Of a DNA stretch of 64,000 nucleotides, positions 24,241-36,710 are shown one piece after another; the first letter of the stretch is position 1; each line of letters opens with the position of its first letter. The notes beneath the pieces are model-generated. The model saw nothing but the letters and a program-made list of their open reading frames with translations, did not search any database and was not told where the DNA came from. Made by a program: the position numbers and the translations under genes. The stretch is from Eledone cirrhosa (lineage: Eukaryota). The DNA lies in NCBI GenBank assembly GCA_964016885.1, contig OZ024743.1, positions 317,130,001 through 317,194,000 of the forward strand. Reading direction: 5' to 3'.

Positions 24241-26578
24241 AGTTTAGCACCTCATTTATGTAAAAATTTCAAGTTTTTGAAAATTTTCAAAATATTGATC
24301 TCGAGTATAAGCCGACCCCCACAGCTTCCCAATTTTACCATTGATTTTTTTTATGTGACATATTTCTTGGGGGTAAATGCCACAAGGTATTTTAATTGTG
24401 TCTGCTTATTCTAGCATCTCTTACCTTGACAGCTGGTTATAATAATAATAAGAGTATTAACGATTAAGAAGTGTCTTAATGATTAATTATGAACTAAACA
24501 AGTGTTTTGTCAACATATTAACTACTTAACAATGCTTAACTTCCTTTACAATAACAAGTGTGCAACATGTCAGACTTTTTTTCAAACAGCTGACATTACT
24601 TACAATAAAAACAAATCCCCTCTTCTAGATTTCAATAACTGTTGATTTCTAACATATGCACATCATCATCATCATCATCACACCTTCCATTTTGGCATGT
24701 TTTCTACAACTGGATGCCTCTCCTACTGCCAATCACTTTACAGAGTGTAGTTTTTGAATTTTATCATGACATCAACACTACCACTTTACAGAGTATACTG
24801 AGTGTATTTTACCATGGCACCAATGCTACTAATTTACAGAGTGTACTGAGTGTATTTTATCATGGCACCAACACCACCACTTTACAGAGTGTACTGGATG
24901 TATTTTATCATGACACCAACAATGTCACATATTTAGTGGGTGGGCACTGTTGATTATATAGATCCCTCAGTACTTGATTGGTACTTATTTTAACAACTGC
25001 CCCTCCTCTGCCATCACCCTCTGGTAATGTAAAATACAGTCAACCCTGATAGTATATAATCTTTAAATGTAAACAGATGTAATTAGACAGCAAAGGCTGC
25101 AATGTTTTACCAACGTTCAATCAATTCTGCCACTCTCCCACGTGTTGTCACCACTACCACCATTATTACAAAATGTATCCAGTACACTCTGCAAAGTGGT
25201 AGTTGCCATGATAAAATGCACCTAAAGCAATATGCAAAGTGGTAGTGCGGTTAACGTGCATTAACATCTATGGCAAATTTCTACGCCAACCATACCTCAC
25301 GATATGGTTCACTGACTTAACTGTGGCAGTGATAAAATGCACCTAGAAGGCTCTGTAAAGTGGTAGTGCTGGTGCTATGATAAAATGCACCTAGTAAACT
25401 CCATAAAGTGTTTGATATTAGGAAGGATATCCTCCAGCCATAGAAACCATCCCAAAGATGGAACACACATGCAATCTGTTTAGTTTTAGACCATGGCACC
25501 TGTCCAGCTCATTCCAACATGGAAAGTGGACATAAAATAGTGATGATGATGATGATGAACAAAGATATCATTTTATAAGATTAAATTGAACTTGAAAAAA
25601 AAAATCAAAAGTACATTTTAATTAATTTCTTTAAAGAACATCTTGCGATTATTCAAGATTATATAAGACTATAAAATGTACCCCCCAAAGAGTTGTCTTG
25701 TAGCTGTTTCTGTATAACAGAGATTTAAAACTGTGTACAGCTATGGATGTATAAAATAGAGTTGGACATCATATATAAATGTATGATATAGAGATAAAAG
25801 GAAAAACAAATATTATAAAAGGCAGTGGAGAAGAACTAGAGGACGGCCAAAAACAAGATGGCGCAATGATATCAGCCGGTATCTTGGCCCCACATCGCCC
25901 AGTATGGCCAAAGATAGGAAGTGGTGGTGGTCAACCAGGGAGGAGTTCCTCCAACAGGAGTGAGAAGACCCTGGATTTGGATGTATGTCTTGTAATGGGT
26001 GGTTTTGAGATGAAAAATAAATAATAGACCAATCATATCAAGAAATCAGTTCCAAATTATACCTGTCTGATCATCATCATCATCACTGTTTAACATCCAT
26101 TTTCCATGCTAGCATGCGTTAGATGAGTTGTCCTATTGTGAGACAAGTCAGATCAAGTGACCATGTCTTATTCATACAGAAATGTTTCTGGCCTGGTTTC
26201 TACAGCTGGATGCCTTTTATAACACCAACCACATTTACAGCATGAATTGGGTGTTATTTATTGTAACACCAGCGCAACTACCTTACAGTGTGGACTGGGT
26301 GTTTTTTGTTGTGTCTCTAACATGACTACTTTACAGAGTGAACTGGGTACTTTTTGTCATGACACCTGATGATGTAACAAAATTCTTTTGAGTCCAGCTG
26401 TAAATAGTTCTGCAATGTTTATTGTGCAAATCATTATATAACACTCCAGCTGTGAGCAATATTTGTTACAGAAATGGCTGTTATGTAATAAACCAATGTT
26501 ATACTGGGCTTTTCATCTTTTGCTTGTATTTTATTTTATCATGTTAGTAAATTGTTCTGCAATTGTAAAACGATATCT

Positions 26579-26639
<61 letters not shown>

Positions 26640-26696
26640 ACATATACAAGTGGATTCCTGTATTTACAATATTAATAGCATATATACATATACTAG

Positions 26697-26787
26697 TAAT
26701 AATTGTTTCTACGTTAGGCACAAGGCCAGCAATTACCCAGTGTATTACTGGTACTTTATTTTATCGACCCCGTAAGGATGAAAGGTA
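26697..26787 (-). mobile_element. tRNA-derived SINE family 1, 3' fragment
   Basis: Reverse complement of the 3' half of 28189-28379. Confidence 0.85.
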
Positions 26788-27058
26788 AAATAATACTAAT
26801 AGAATAATATACATATACTAACTACTACTACTATATATATATATATATATATATATATTTACAATACTAATAACATATATACACATATTTATAATACTAA
26901 TAACACATATACATATATTTACTATTCTAATACTAAAAGCATATATACATATATTCTCTGGATTACACACTCCACCCATCTCATCTTGTAATCCAATGCT
27001 GAATGTGGTTTACACACAGATTCTTTTAAAATTTGCAGAACAATATATGTTCTCCTTA

Positions 27059-27112
<54 letters not shown>

Positions 27113-28188
27113 AAGAATGAGGAGTAACATGGTTCGCTGTACAACAAGGGGCTTTATTTCAGGTATTGACATTGTTTCATTGATCAGGTGAGTCTAGAGG
27201 TTGCTAATCGCTTGAAGTTGCGTCACTCAATCTCCATTAGATTATTTACCTCCTTACGGGGTCGATAAAATAAAGTACCAGTAATGTACTAGGTAATTAC
27301 TGGCTTTGTGCCTAAAATAGAAACAATTATTCACCTCTGACCAACTCATCAAAATTCGAAAATATAAAAATAATTCGCTCGAGGCAAGATATATATAGAG
27401 GAATAGCGTATAATCAAAACAATAACATCAATAATAAAATATATATGATAAAAAGGTAGAGAAGTTACAGATGTAAAAAGTAAAAAGTAAAAGATAAGAA
27501 AAAATACATTAAAAAAGTAAGAAAATGAAAAAAAATAAAAAAGATCAATTTTCTGTAGGCATAAAATAGCTACCAGATTCACAAATTTCAAACTGCCGTG
27601 ATTCGAGCCAGCAACCCCAAAATTAGAACTGAACCACCTGGATTTTAACATATGGAATACACACCATCACACCACTATTAGCTGTCAAATGGCCAACTGG
27701 TCACTAGATCATAAATCTCTTAACATCTCTTTCACCCTCTCTCCCTGAAACAGCATCAACCCCATTAAGACAAGACAATCAGCAAAACATTTACCACACA
27801 CACTTGTCAAACCTCCCTTCACCATCCACCCTTAGCCCTTAAATCTCATACTAGTATCCCCCAATTAATCTCTAATTTATTGCTTTTTCTTTTTTCTTTT
27901 ATCTGTCACTACATCAGACTCTCTACACGTATCTATGTATGTTTCGAATATGACTTTTGATGTTAGCACTAAACCCACCACAGAATCCTTATAAGAACAC
28001 TTACTCACCAGCACCACTAGCATACTCTGTACTTACATGCTCTCAATTATCCTTATTTATTTATTTATATTTTTCCATTTTCTTACTTTTTTAATGTATT
28101 TTTTCTTATCTTTTACTTTTTACTTTTTACATCTGTAACTTCTCTACCTATTTATCATATATATTTTATTATTGATGTTATTGTTAAA

Positions 28189-28379
28189 GGCGGAGGATTG
28201 GCAGTATCGGTAGAGGGTTGGACGCATGCTTTGACGCATAGAGTTACGGTCCTTGTCATTCTGAGTTCAAATCCCGCCGAGATTAACTTTGCCTTTCATC
28301 CTTTCGGGGTCGATAAAATAAAGTACCAGTAATACACTGGGTAATTGCTGGCCTTGTGCCAAATGTAGAAACAATTATT
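28189..28379 (+). mobile_element. tRNA-derived SINE family 1, full length
   Basis: A box tggcagtatcgg, B box gagttcaaatccc, core gcctttcatcctttcggggtcgataaaataaagtaccag, tail gtagaaacaattatt; TSD attattgatgttattgtt; empty site visible at ~27417-27442. Confidence 0.92.
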
Positions 28380-28452
28380 GATGTTATTGTTTTGATTATA
28401 CGGTATTCTTCTATATATATCTTGCCTCGAGCGAATTATTTTTATATTTTCA

Positions 28453-28561
28453 TATTCTGATGAGTTGGTCAGAGGTAAATAATGTAATGGAGATTGAGTG
28501 ACGCAACTTCAAGCGATTAGCGACCTCTAGACTCACCTGATCAATGAAACAATTGTCAATA
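28453..28561 (+). ncRNA. Type I hammerhead ribozyme motif with a 64-nt insertion in stem II
   Basis: tatt-CTGATGA-gttggtcag[64 nt]ctgatcaat-GAAA-caattg-TC-aata; stem I extends through a bulge (tttca/tgaaa); GUC triplet. Confidence 0.78.
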
Positions 28562-28777
28562 CCTGAAATAAAGCCCCTTGTTGTACAGCCAACCATGTTA
28601 CTCTTCATTCTTTCACTATTATTACTCCAAGTATAACCTACAGAGGAATTACCGCGAACTCACTGCCTAACTATGGAAACATCTTGTTGAGTTAAACAAA
28701 ACTGTACGTTAAAACTATCCACGACGCAGAGTACTCACAACCTCTAACTGGATTACCTATAACGATAACTTGTTACC

Positions 28778-28844
<67 letters not shown>

Positions 28845-28951
28845 TTTATACTGGGTTCAATTGGGGGTAACCACAGTAAGTAAGGTACTCAATACATAGC
28901 AAAATATAAATATTTAATATAGAAATGGCTTCTACAGGACTAGAACTGTTG

Positions 28952-29002
28952 GGCTTCCTGATGATTTCTCCCGAATGAAACAGTTCTAATCCTGTAGAAG
29001 CC
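28952..29002 (+). ncRNA. Type I hammerhead ribozyme motif inside a short fold-back
   Basis: ggcttc-CTGATGA-tttctcccgaat-GAAA-cag ttctaatc ctg-TA-gaagcc; GUA triplet; 28916-28950 is the reverse complement of 28979-29013. Confidence 0.8.
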
Positions 29003-30702
29003 ATTTCTATATTATATATATATACCTATCAAATACATGTTTCCTTGTAGTTGATTGGATGTTATACACGTCTTCTGATGAAGATTCAATAAGTTTCGAA
29101 AATTAATGTTTATTATTTTTTTCAATTTACAGGGAGATTGTATTTTTTGGTATGTTCATATGCCTACATATTAGATACATGCATATATTTATATACATTT
29201 GTACGATCTCGGTTACACACTCTATATTGATACAGACATAACTTTCAAAGATACTGATTAGCATTGAGCTTATATACTCTTTACCAGTATATATATTGGT
29301 AAACTCCAATATAACCCCACATATATATGTGTGTGTGTGTATGTATGTATATATACGCATACACACACACACACATGTATATATACATATACATACATGT
29401 GTATGCCTGTATGTGTTATTAAAAAAGATAAGACAGATCAAAGGTACTTCAATTTATGATATTATATAACAACATAACATGACATGATCAGGTCAGGATT
29501 CTGCCTGTTACTGCTACCATGTAACCCAGTACAACGTACTTCATGGTCGTGTGGTCGGTGACTAAACCAGCTACCCCACCAGACCCTTGTCTGGTGAGGC
29601 TGATGAGGAGGGTATGTGGAACCCCAACAGCACAAAAAACAATAGCTATTAAAGGGCCATATGAACTCCTCCGAGTCAATGACCATTCATCCCAACTATG
29701 GGTTAAATAGCCTCACCAATTCACAATTGACCACGTGTGGTGATTATGGCTACACTCCTGGCATGATCAAAACGAAACAGAAAGCAGTGGAGTTCAACCC
29801 AACCAGGGAGAAATTCCTCCAATAGGAGTGAGAAGGCATTGGATTGGATTGGATATAACATGACGCATATAGAGGATAGCAGCTACATAGAGAAATCTGA
29901 GTGGGTGGGGTTTGTAGAGAAGGCAAATACAGGAAGATTTCAGATGAGACAATGAAGAGTGACCTAAAGAAACAAAGCTTCATAACAGATGTGACAAAGG
30001 ATTGAGAGAGGTGGCACTATGTTGTGATGATGAAGACCTGGCCACAAGCATACAATATGATCTGATCCATCCATGAGCCTTGCCTGCCTTCTACTACCAC
30101 TACCCAAAAGCTATCCTCATCACTACTGCACCCACCATCCATGCCCCCTCCAGAACCATTCCTTAGCAACTACCCTGTCCCCTCTAAAGCTCTTAGATAT
30201 CCTCACCGTTGCACCCTAGTAGCTACTCACTCTACCTCGTGTGTACCCCCCCCACACACACACACACACACACCACACCTCCAAACTATCTCTCCATCAC
30301 TGACCTCCCCCAGCACTCTGTCAACAACACTCCCCTGTAAATTGTAGAGAAAAAGAGAGAAAGAAACTGTTAACATCACAGTTGTAAAATTTTGACTTGC
30401 TGTTTTTATTGTCCTTCCTATTTTCACCATTTTTCTAAATAACCACACATCTCTGTAATACCTCACTCCTCCACCCCTCCTTCACTTTCTCCTCGTCCCT
30501 TTCCTCCTCCTCCTCCTCCCCTTCCCCACCCTACATTATTCATAGTTCTACACCAACCCTAAACTGACATTACTGGTCTAAAGTGTATACATTGGTGTTG
30601 TTTTTACGAACAATCTGTTTGTTCTTCAGTTAGGGTCAAGCCTCCAATTGTAGCTTAGATATACATTTGTTATTGTATAATAGAAGTAGTAAACAAGTGA
30701 TT

Positions 30703-31013
30703 CATCATCATTCATCATTCCACTGCTTGCAAGGGTGGGACGGGAACTAATTCTGGCTTGATTTCTACAGCTGGATGCCCTTCCTAACACCAACCTCATT
30801 TACAGTGAGTGCTGGGTGCTTTTTTTGCTGTGGCACCTCCACGACCACTTTGCAGTGGAATGATATGGACCCCAGTCCTTATCATCTCATTTCTGGAGCA
30901 ATGTGAAATAAAGTATCTTGCTCAAGGAAACAACACATCACCCGATCTGAGAATTGAACTCACAACCTTTCGATTGCAAGGCCAATGCTCTAACCACTAA
31001 GCCATGTGCCTCC
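30703..31013 (-). mobile_element. tRNA-derived SINE family 2 with RTE-like tail
   Basis: Reverse complement of 34572-34910. Confidence 0.85.
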
Positions 31014-31162
31014 ATGATTGTAATACAATATTTATTTATAATATCAAGGCAGTTTGCTAAGTGGTTCGGGTATTTGGATCACAGTTGTAAACTCATGAGT
31101 TTGATTCTCAGCAGACATTTTATTTTGAAAATCATAGGCAGTGTTTTCACTAAGAAAAATGT

Positions 31163-31380
31163 TTAACTCTTTAGTATTCACATTACTCTATATATACTAT
31201 TGTATTTTCATGGTAAAGGCTTTACCTCACATAATTATCTCACATAATATCGAATCTATGAGATTTTGCAAGTATTTATTTTGAGAACAATACCTTAACA
31301 TCTGTTTGAGCGACCAGTTACAGCCAGTTTCAACAGAAAGAGGTAGAGAATTCTAGACGGTTTGAACATTAAAGGGTTAA
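31163..31380. mobile_element. Possible TTAA-flanked MITE
   Basis: ttaa-ctctttagtattca ... tgaacattaaaggg-ttaa imperfect terminal inverted repeats. Confidence 0.5.
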
Positions 31381-31980
31381 AGCATTTATATTCATCAAAA
31401 AATCTTTCATCATAATTTCATTTAAGAACCAGCTTAATAATGAGAAAGTTAATTATATTACTAAATTTCTCTAAATCTTTTATTAGTTTCAAAATTATTT
31501 GAAAATCAAAGAACGTATATTTCATTAGAATGAAAAGATTAATTTAGTGGCAGACTTTTATTGGTTCAGTCCACTCAGCTGGAAAAAATGAAAAAATGTG
31601 TTGAACCTGTAATTTAAAATGCCAGACTTGTCACACTGTGTGTCATGCAGAATCTCCCTGAGAAGTTTAAGTGTCTGTGGAATATTCATGTTAGTTTTAT
31701 GAGCTGGCTGTTCCATTAATTAAATAACTGAAACACACATTGTTAAGCAACTGAGAGTACACCTGTCCATCGTGGGTTTATCCTCAACTATTGCTGGTAC
31801 TAATTTTCAATTAAGTAGACTGGAACAATGTAAAGTGAAGTGTTTATTTTTTATCAAGAACACAATATGCTGCCTGATCCAGGATGAAAGCTACAGCATT
31901 GTGATTGGAAGTCCAGCACTTTAACCACTAGACTTCACACCTTCTCTTCTTCCACTAAGCTGTGTAAAAAATATATAAAC

Positions 31981-32610
31981 TCTATATACTCGAATATATG
32001 TCAATCTGAATATACACTGACATCCTATTTTATGTCTCAGAAATAGGTAAAAATCTCGACTCTGTTTATAAGCCGAGGCAGGTCATCAACACATTATGTT
32101 TAGACGGTGTGATTTTGAAATTCTCATGAGTATAGAATATATGAATGAAGTTTTAATATTTTGATGTTTAAAATGTTTTAAGTGTCATTTAGTGTATAAT
32201 TTTTGTTTCACAACACCTTTACATAATGATTTTTTCCGTATTTCTGATAATTTTGAAAGCCATATTCATTCAGAACATATCAAAAACAATAGGAAATATG
32301 AATTTCACATTAAAGTGAAACCAGAGTAATATTCACCTCCAAAGTGAAACCAGTGTAATATTCACCTCCAATATTAAACCGGTGTAATATTCACCTCCAA
32401 CATTAAACCGGTGTAATATTCACCTCCAACATTAAACCGGTGTAATATTCACCTCCAACGTTAAACCGGTGTAATATTCACCTTATTTATATAGAATTTT
32501 GAAGTTGGTGAAAATCAGCAAAATATTGATCTCAAATATAAGCCAATCCCCCCATTTTACCATTGATTTTTTGTCATATATCTCTCGGCTTATATACGAG
32601 TACATATGGT
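31981..32610. mobile_element. Pogo/Tigger-like MITE carrying the 29-bp minisatellite (32312-32482)
   Basis: Degenerate TIRs tatatactcgaatatatgtc ... ggcttatatacgagtacatatggta; internal array of aaaccggtgtaatattcacctccaacatt. Confidence 0.65.
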
Positions 32611-33191
32611 ATGTATATATACAAGTATATACAGTATATATACACAAGTATATACAGTATATATGTATATACACATGTATATACAGTATATATGTATATT
32701 ATCATCATCGTTGTCATTTTAATGTTCACTTTTTCTGCTAGCAAGCGATGGATGGGTCTACATAGACCAAGTCAGTACTGAAACAGGGTTACTGATCTTC
32801 TTGATAAGCCAGAGATCTGCATCTCACCTATATACAGTTTCATGTTCTACATATACAAGTATATATAGTAATTAAAATGTTAATTAGTTTTATTTCAATG
32901 TTGTTTCACAACTTAGTCACTAGTATACAATGTATATGCAAGGAAGAGGATGTTGTCAAGATTAAGGTGAGGTCCTAATATTGTATTACGTAAAGATTTT
33001 GTCACTCCTTTATATAGAACAGGTTGTTTTGATACAGTCATAAATAATTTTTTAAACCACAATGACAGATTTAATATTTTTAATATTTTTCATTGGTTAG
33101 TGAGTTCATTTCAAGATGACATATCATTAATAATACAGTTTGTTATTTATGATAAAAACTGTATAAACATGATATTATTTACAGTAACAAT

Positions 33192-33513
33192 AATAATTGT
33201 TTCTACTTTTTGGCACAAGGCCAGCAATTACCCAGTGCATTACTGGTACTTTATTTTATCGACCCCGTAAGGATGGAAGGCAAAGTTAACCTCGGCAGGA
33301 TTCGAACTTAGAATGGCAAGGGCCGTAACTCTATGCATCAAAGCATAGCGTCCGACCCTCTACCAATACTGCCGTAACAATAATAATTGTTTCTACTTTT
33401 GGCACAAGGCCAGCAATTACCCAGTACATTACTGGTACTTTATTTTATCGACCCCGTGAGGATGAAAGGCAAAGTTAACCTTGGCGGGATTTGAACTCAG
33501 ACTGTAAAGGGAT
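33192..33513 (-). mobile_element. Two tandem SINE family 1 copies
   Basis: Copies at 33192-33373 and 33382-33513; gtaacaataataat occurs at 33184, 33374 and 33514. Confidence 0.9.
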
Positions 33514-33699
33514 GTAACAATAATAATGACAACTATAATGACAGCAATAATAATTTAAAAAATGGAAACAAAAGGAAAGAAAGAATAGGGAAATATAGAG
33601 TAAAAAGAGAGAAAGAAAGAAGAAAAGAACAGGAAGGGGAGGGGATGGCAAGAGCTCTGGTGTTGCAGAATAGAGGGGAGGGCAGAAGGGGGAGGGGGA

Positions 33700-33822
33700 T
33701 TGGGCCTAGGGTAAGGGCAGAAGTGCTGCGCCCGCAGACAAGATGGTGAAAGTATTGCCGCGGACAATGGTCAGTGACACCCGCTGCAACAGCCACACAA
33801 ATTCGCGGGGCTCCCTCCTCAG
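33700..33822 (-). mobile_element. CRE-like non-LTR retrotransposon extreme 3' fragment
   Basis: RREPREFVWLLQRVSLTIVRGNTFTILSAG, homologous to RCEPRELEWLFQRISLTIFRGNAFSILSVG at ~47220-47310. Confidence 0.7.
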
Positions 33823-34571
33823 ATTGAGAAGGAAAAAAGAAAGAGTAAAAAAGATGAAATGAAAATAAAAGAGGTGATAGGGAGGGGCAAGCTCTATATC
33901 CTTGACTGGATAGTACATCTCAGCTGCTGCTGTTGCATCCTATGAACAAGATGGCAATAGCATTCCTGTGGAGAACAGCCAGTGATATCCTCTACATCAG
34001 CCATTCCACCTCTTTGTGGGACTCTTTCCTCAGGTGAGGTTCCCTCCTTCCAATTTGGAGGAGAATAACAGTCAGATGACTGAGGACACACGAGGTCTCA
34101 ATATCGATCAGTAGTGAGGGGAGCGAGGACAGCTGGGCTCACAATAGTGACCGACACAATAATAAAATGCTCAGTCAATGTTTGATATTTAATTATTACT
34201 CACTCTTCTTAAAATCCAAGACAAAAATTAAAGACTAAAATACTATTAAAAGAAATGAGAATGAATATATGAGAGTACAACAGTCTTTGTGAAGTCACCT
34301 GGTTAGGGTATTAAGCTCACAATCATAGGGGAATTAATTATATCCTTGAACAAGATACTTTATTTCATGTTGCTCCAGTTCACTGGAGTTGTACTTGATT
34401 CAAAGTCTATTCCAGTACATTTTTGTTTAAGTCTTGTAGTTGTTTTATTAGTTTCTTGTTAAGCCACTAAATTACAGAATATAAACAATCACAGATACAC
34501 ACACAGTTATACATACACACAAACACATACATGCATACATACAGACACACATACATATGTACATACATACA

Positions 34572-34910
34572 TGGAGGCACATGGCTTAGTGGTTAGAGCA
34601 TTGGCCTTGCAATCGAAAGGTTGTGAGTTCAATTCTCAGACCGAGTGATGTGTTGTTTCCTTGAGCAAGACACTTTATTTCACATTGCTCCAGTTTACTC
34701 AGCTGTAGAAATGAGATGATAGGGACTGGGGTCCCTATCATTCCACTGCAAAGTGGACGTGTAGGTGCCACGGAAAAAAAGCACCCAGCACTCACTGTAA
34801 ATGAGGTTGGTGTTAGGAAGGGCATCCAGCTGTAGAAATCAAGCCAGAATCAGTTCCCGTCCCACCCTTGCAAGCAGGGAAAAGCGGACGTAAAATGGAA
34901 TGATGATGAA
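34572..34910 (+). mobile_element. tRNA-derived SINE family 2 with RTE-like tail
   Basis: A box tggcttagtgg, B box gagttcaattc, core ccttgagcaagacacttt; tail ggtgttaggaagggcatccagctgtagaaa...cggacgtaaaa..(tga)n shared with the RTE 3' UTRs in this window. Confidence 0.88.
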
Positions 34911-34969
34911 AATGAAATGATACATAGAGATACACACACAAACACACATATACATACATATAATAATAA

Positions 34970-36710
34970 TGAAATTATTGTGTACAGTGCTCAGGTGCAC
35001 TACAACTCATCAAAGGTGCATGTATAGTACATAGAATAATGTACAAATGTCAGGAAAATAAACAGTGTATGAGTCATGATATAATAACAATAACAATAAT
35101 GAAATATTGTGTACAGTGCCCAGGTGCACCACAACTCATCAAAAAAGTGCATGTACAGTACATAGGGCAATGCACAAACATCAGTAAAATGAACAGTGCA
35201 CGAGTTATGATACACACATGTGTGCATGTGTATGGAAGGGGTACATCAGGTGTAGTTTTGGCGTATTTCGGGAAGCATGAGTGTCTTAAAGGATGCAGTG
35301 TCTCGGCAGCTAACAATTGACGCAGGCAGTTTGTTCCATGCTTCAGCAACTCTGAGCGTGAAAAAATGTCTGCGAAAGTCATGGGAGCTGTGCTGTTTTC
35401 TTATCTTGTAGGCATGTCCACGTGTGTTAGACACATGGAGATCAAAGAGACGCTCAGGGTTGCAGTTGGCGAGATGGTTAAAAACTTTGTGGGTATTCAC
35501 CAAGTCCATTGCCAGACGTCGGAGCTTCAATGAATCCATGCCCAGGGAAGCAAGGCGTTCAGAGTATGGTAGGTGTCTGATGGAGGGTATGCGCTTGGTT
35601 GCACGTCTCTGAACAGTTTCCAGGAGGTCAATGTTCCGAGCAAGATAGGGGTTCCAGACTGATGATGCGAATTCCAAGTGTGGTCGCACCATAGCTGTAT
35701 ACAGTTTTAAATAGATGGCTGGAGAGCGGCTAACAAAGGACTTGCTGAGTGATGCCAAGACACCCTCGGCCTTCTTGACAATCTTAGAGACATGCTTTGT
35801 CCAACACAAATCGTTGCTGACAGTAATGCCCAGGTCACGTTCACAAGAGGACTTTTTGATGTCAGTGTTGTGGAGGGAGTATGTGGACGCTGGATTTTTC
35901 CTTCCAAAATGCATGGTGGTACACTTGTCCACAGCCAGCTTCAGTTGCCAGTCTGTGATCCATTGCTGCATTGTGTCCAGGTCTGATTGTAGGAAAGAGT
36001 TGTAAATTTCAGGATCAGTCCTTTTGATTTCAAGGTACAGCTTGATGTCATCTGCATATTTTAGTACCGTGGCATTCTGTAAGTTGGCATCTATGTCATT
36101 AATATATGCCACAAACAAAAGAGGACCAAGAACAGATCCCTGTGGTACACCAGATGACATCTCATATGGTGAAGAATGCTGTCCTAGAACCGTGACTACT
36201 TCCTTTCGGCTGAGAATGAAGGATTTCAGCCAGTCGAAAAGATCATCCCTCACACCCATTGCAGAGAGTTTTGCCATAAGTCTTTTGTGTGGCACAGAAT
36301 TAAAAGCCTTAGCAAAGTCAAGGTAAACAACATCCACCCATGAGCCGCTGTCAGTGATCCGGGTGATGTCCTCAAGGAACTCGATAAGCTGATCACAGCA
36401 GCTGGAGTTAGGGATAAATCCAAACTGTGAGGGCCGGATGAGGCTGTGAGAGCTCCAGAAGTTCCAAAGTGTTTCTCTGACACAGGATTCCATCAGTTTG
36501 GCCATACAGCTAGTAAGACTGACTGGACGATAGTTGACAGGTGACATGCGGTTGCCCTTTTTGAACAGGGGAATGACACTGGCAGTTTTCCACTGCTCCG
36601 GAGTAGCACCATTGCTGAGACAGTATTGAAAGAAAAAAGAAAGCTGGCGCAAAAGGAAATCCCCGCCACGTTTGAGAAGCAGGTATGTCACACCATCAAG
36701 ACCAGGGGAG
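34970..36710 (-). mobile_element. CR1-like LINE, 5'-truncated, RT frame open
   Basis: SPGLDG, NYRPVSLTS, YLDFAKAFNSV, GVPQGSVLGPLLF, KYADD, VRPHLEFASSVWNP, WNKLP; (ATT)n tail. The N-terminus of ORF 35246-36796 is microsatellite read-through. Confidence 0.93.

Larger units (their letters stand above)
27107..28780. mobile_element. Hammerhead-bearing inverted-repeat element (probable Penelope-like pLTR pair) with one SINE inserted in each arm
   Basis: 27107-~27545 is the reverse complement of ~28060-28618 once SINEs 27253-27331 and 28189-28379 are removed; flanked by (TA)n; third copy at 61490-61830. Confidence 0.82.

Noticed and set aside
28189-28280. tRNA genes at SINE heads (also 34572 and 44530)
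   Set aside because: Only A/B boxes are kept, there is no full cloverleaf, and they continue into SINE body and tail with TSDs.
29068-29112. CTGATGA...GAAA-attaat motif
   Set aside because: No stem I pairing or UH site could be formed.
31120-31166. LKIIGSVFTK as a possible upstream CFAP300 exon
   Set aside because: Weak similarity, no proper splice sites, and it lies between repeat remnants.
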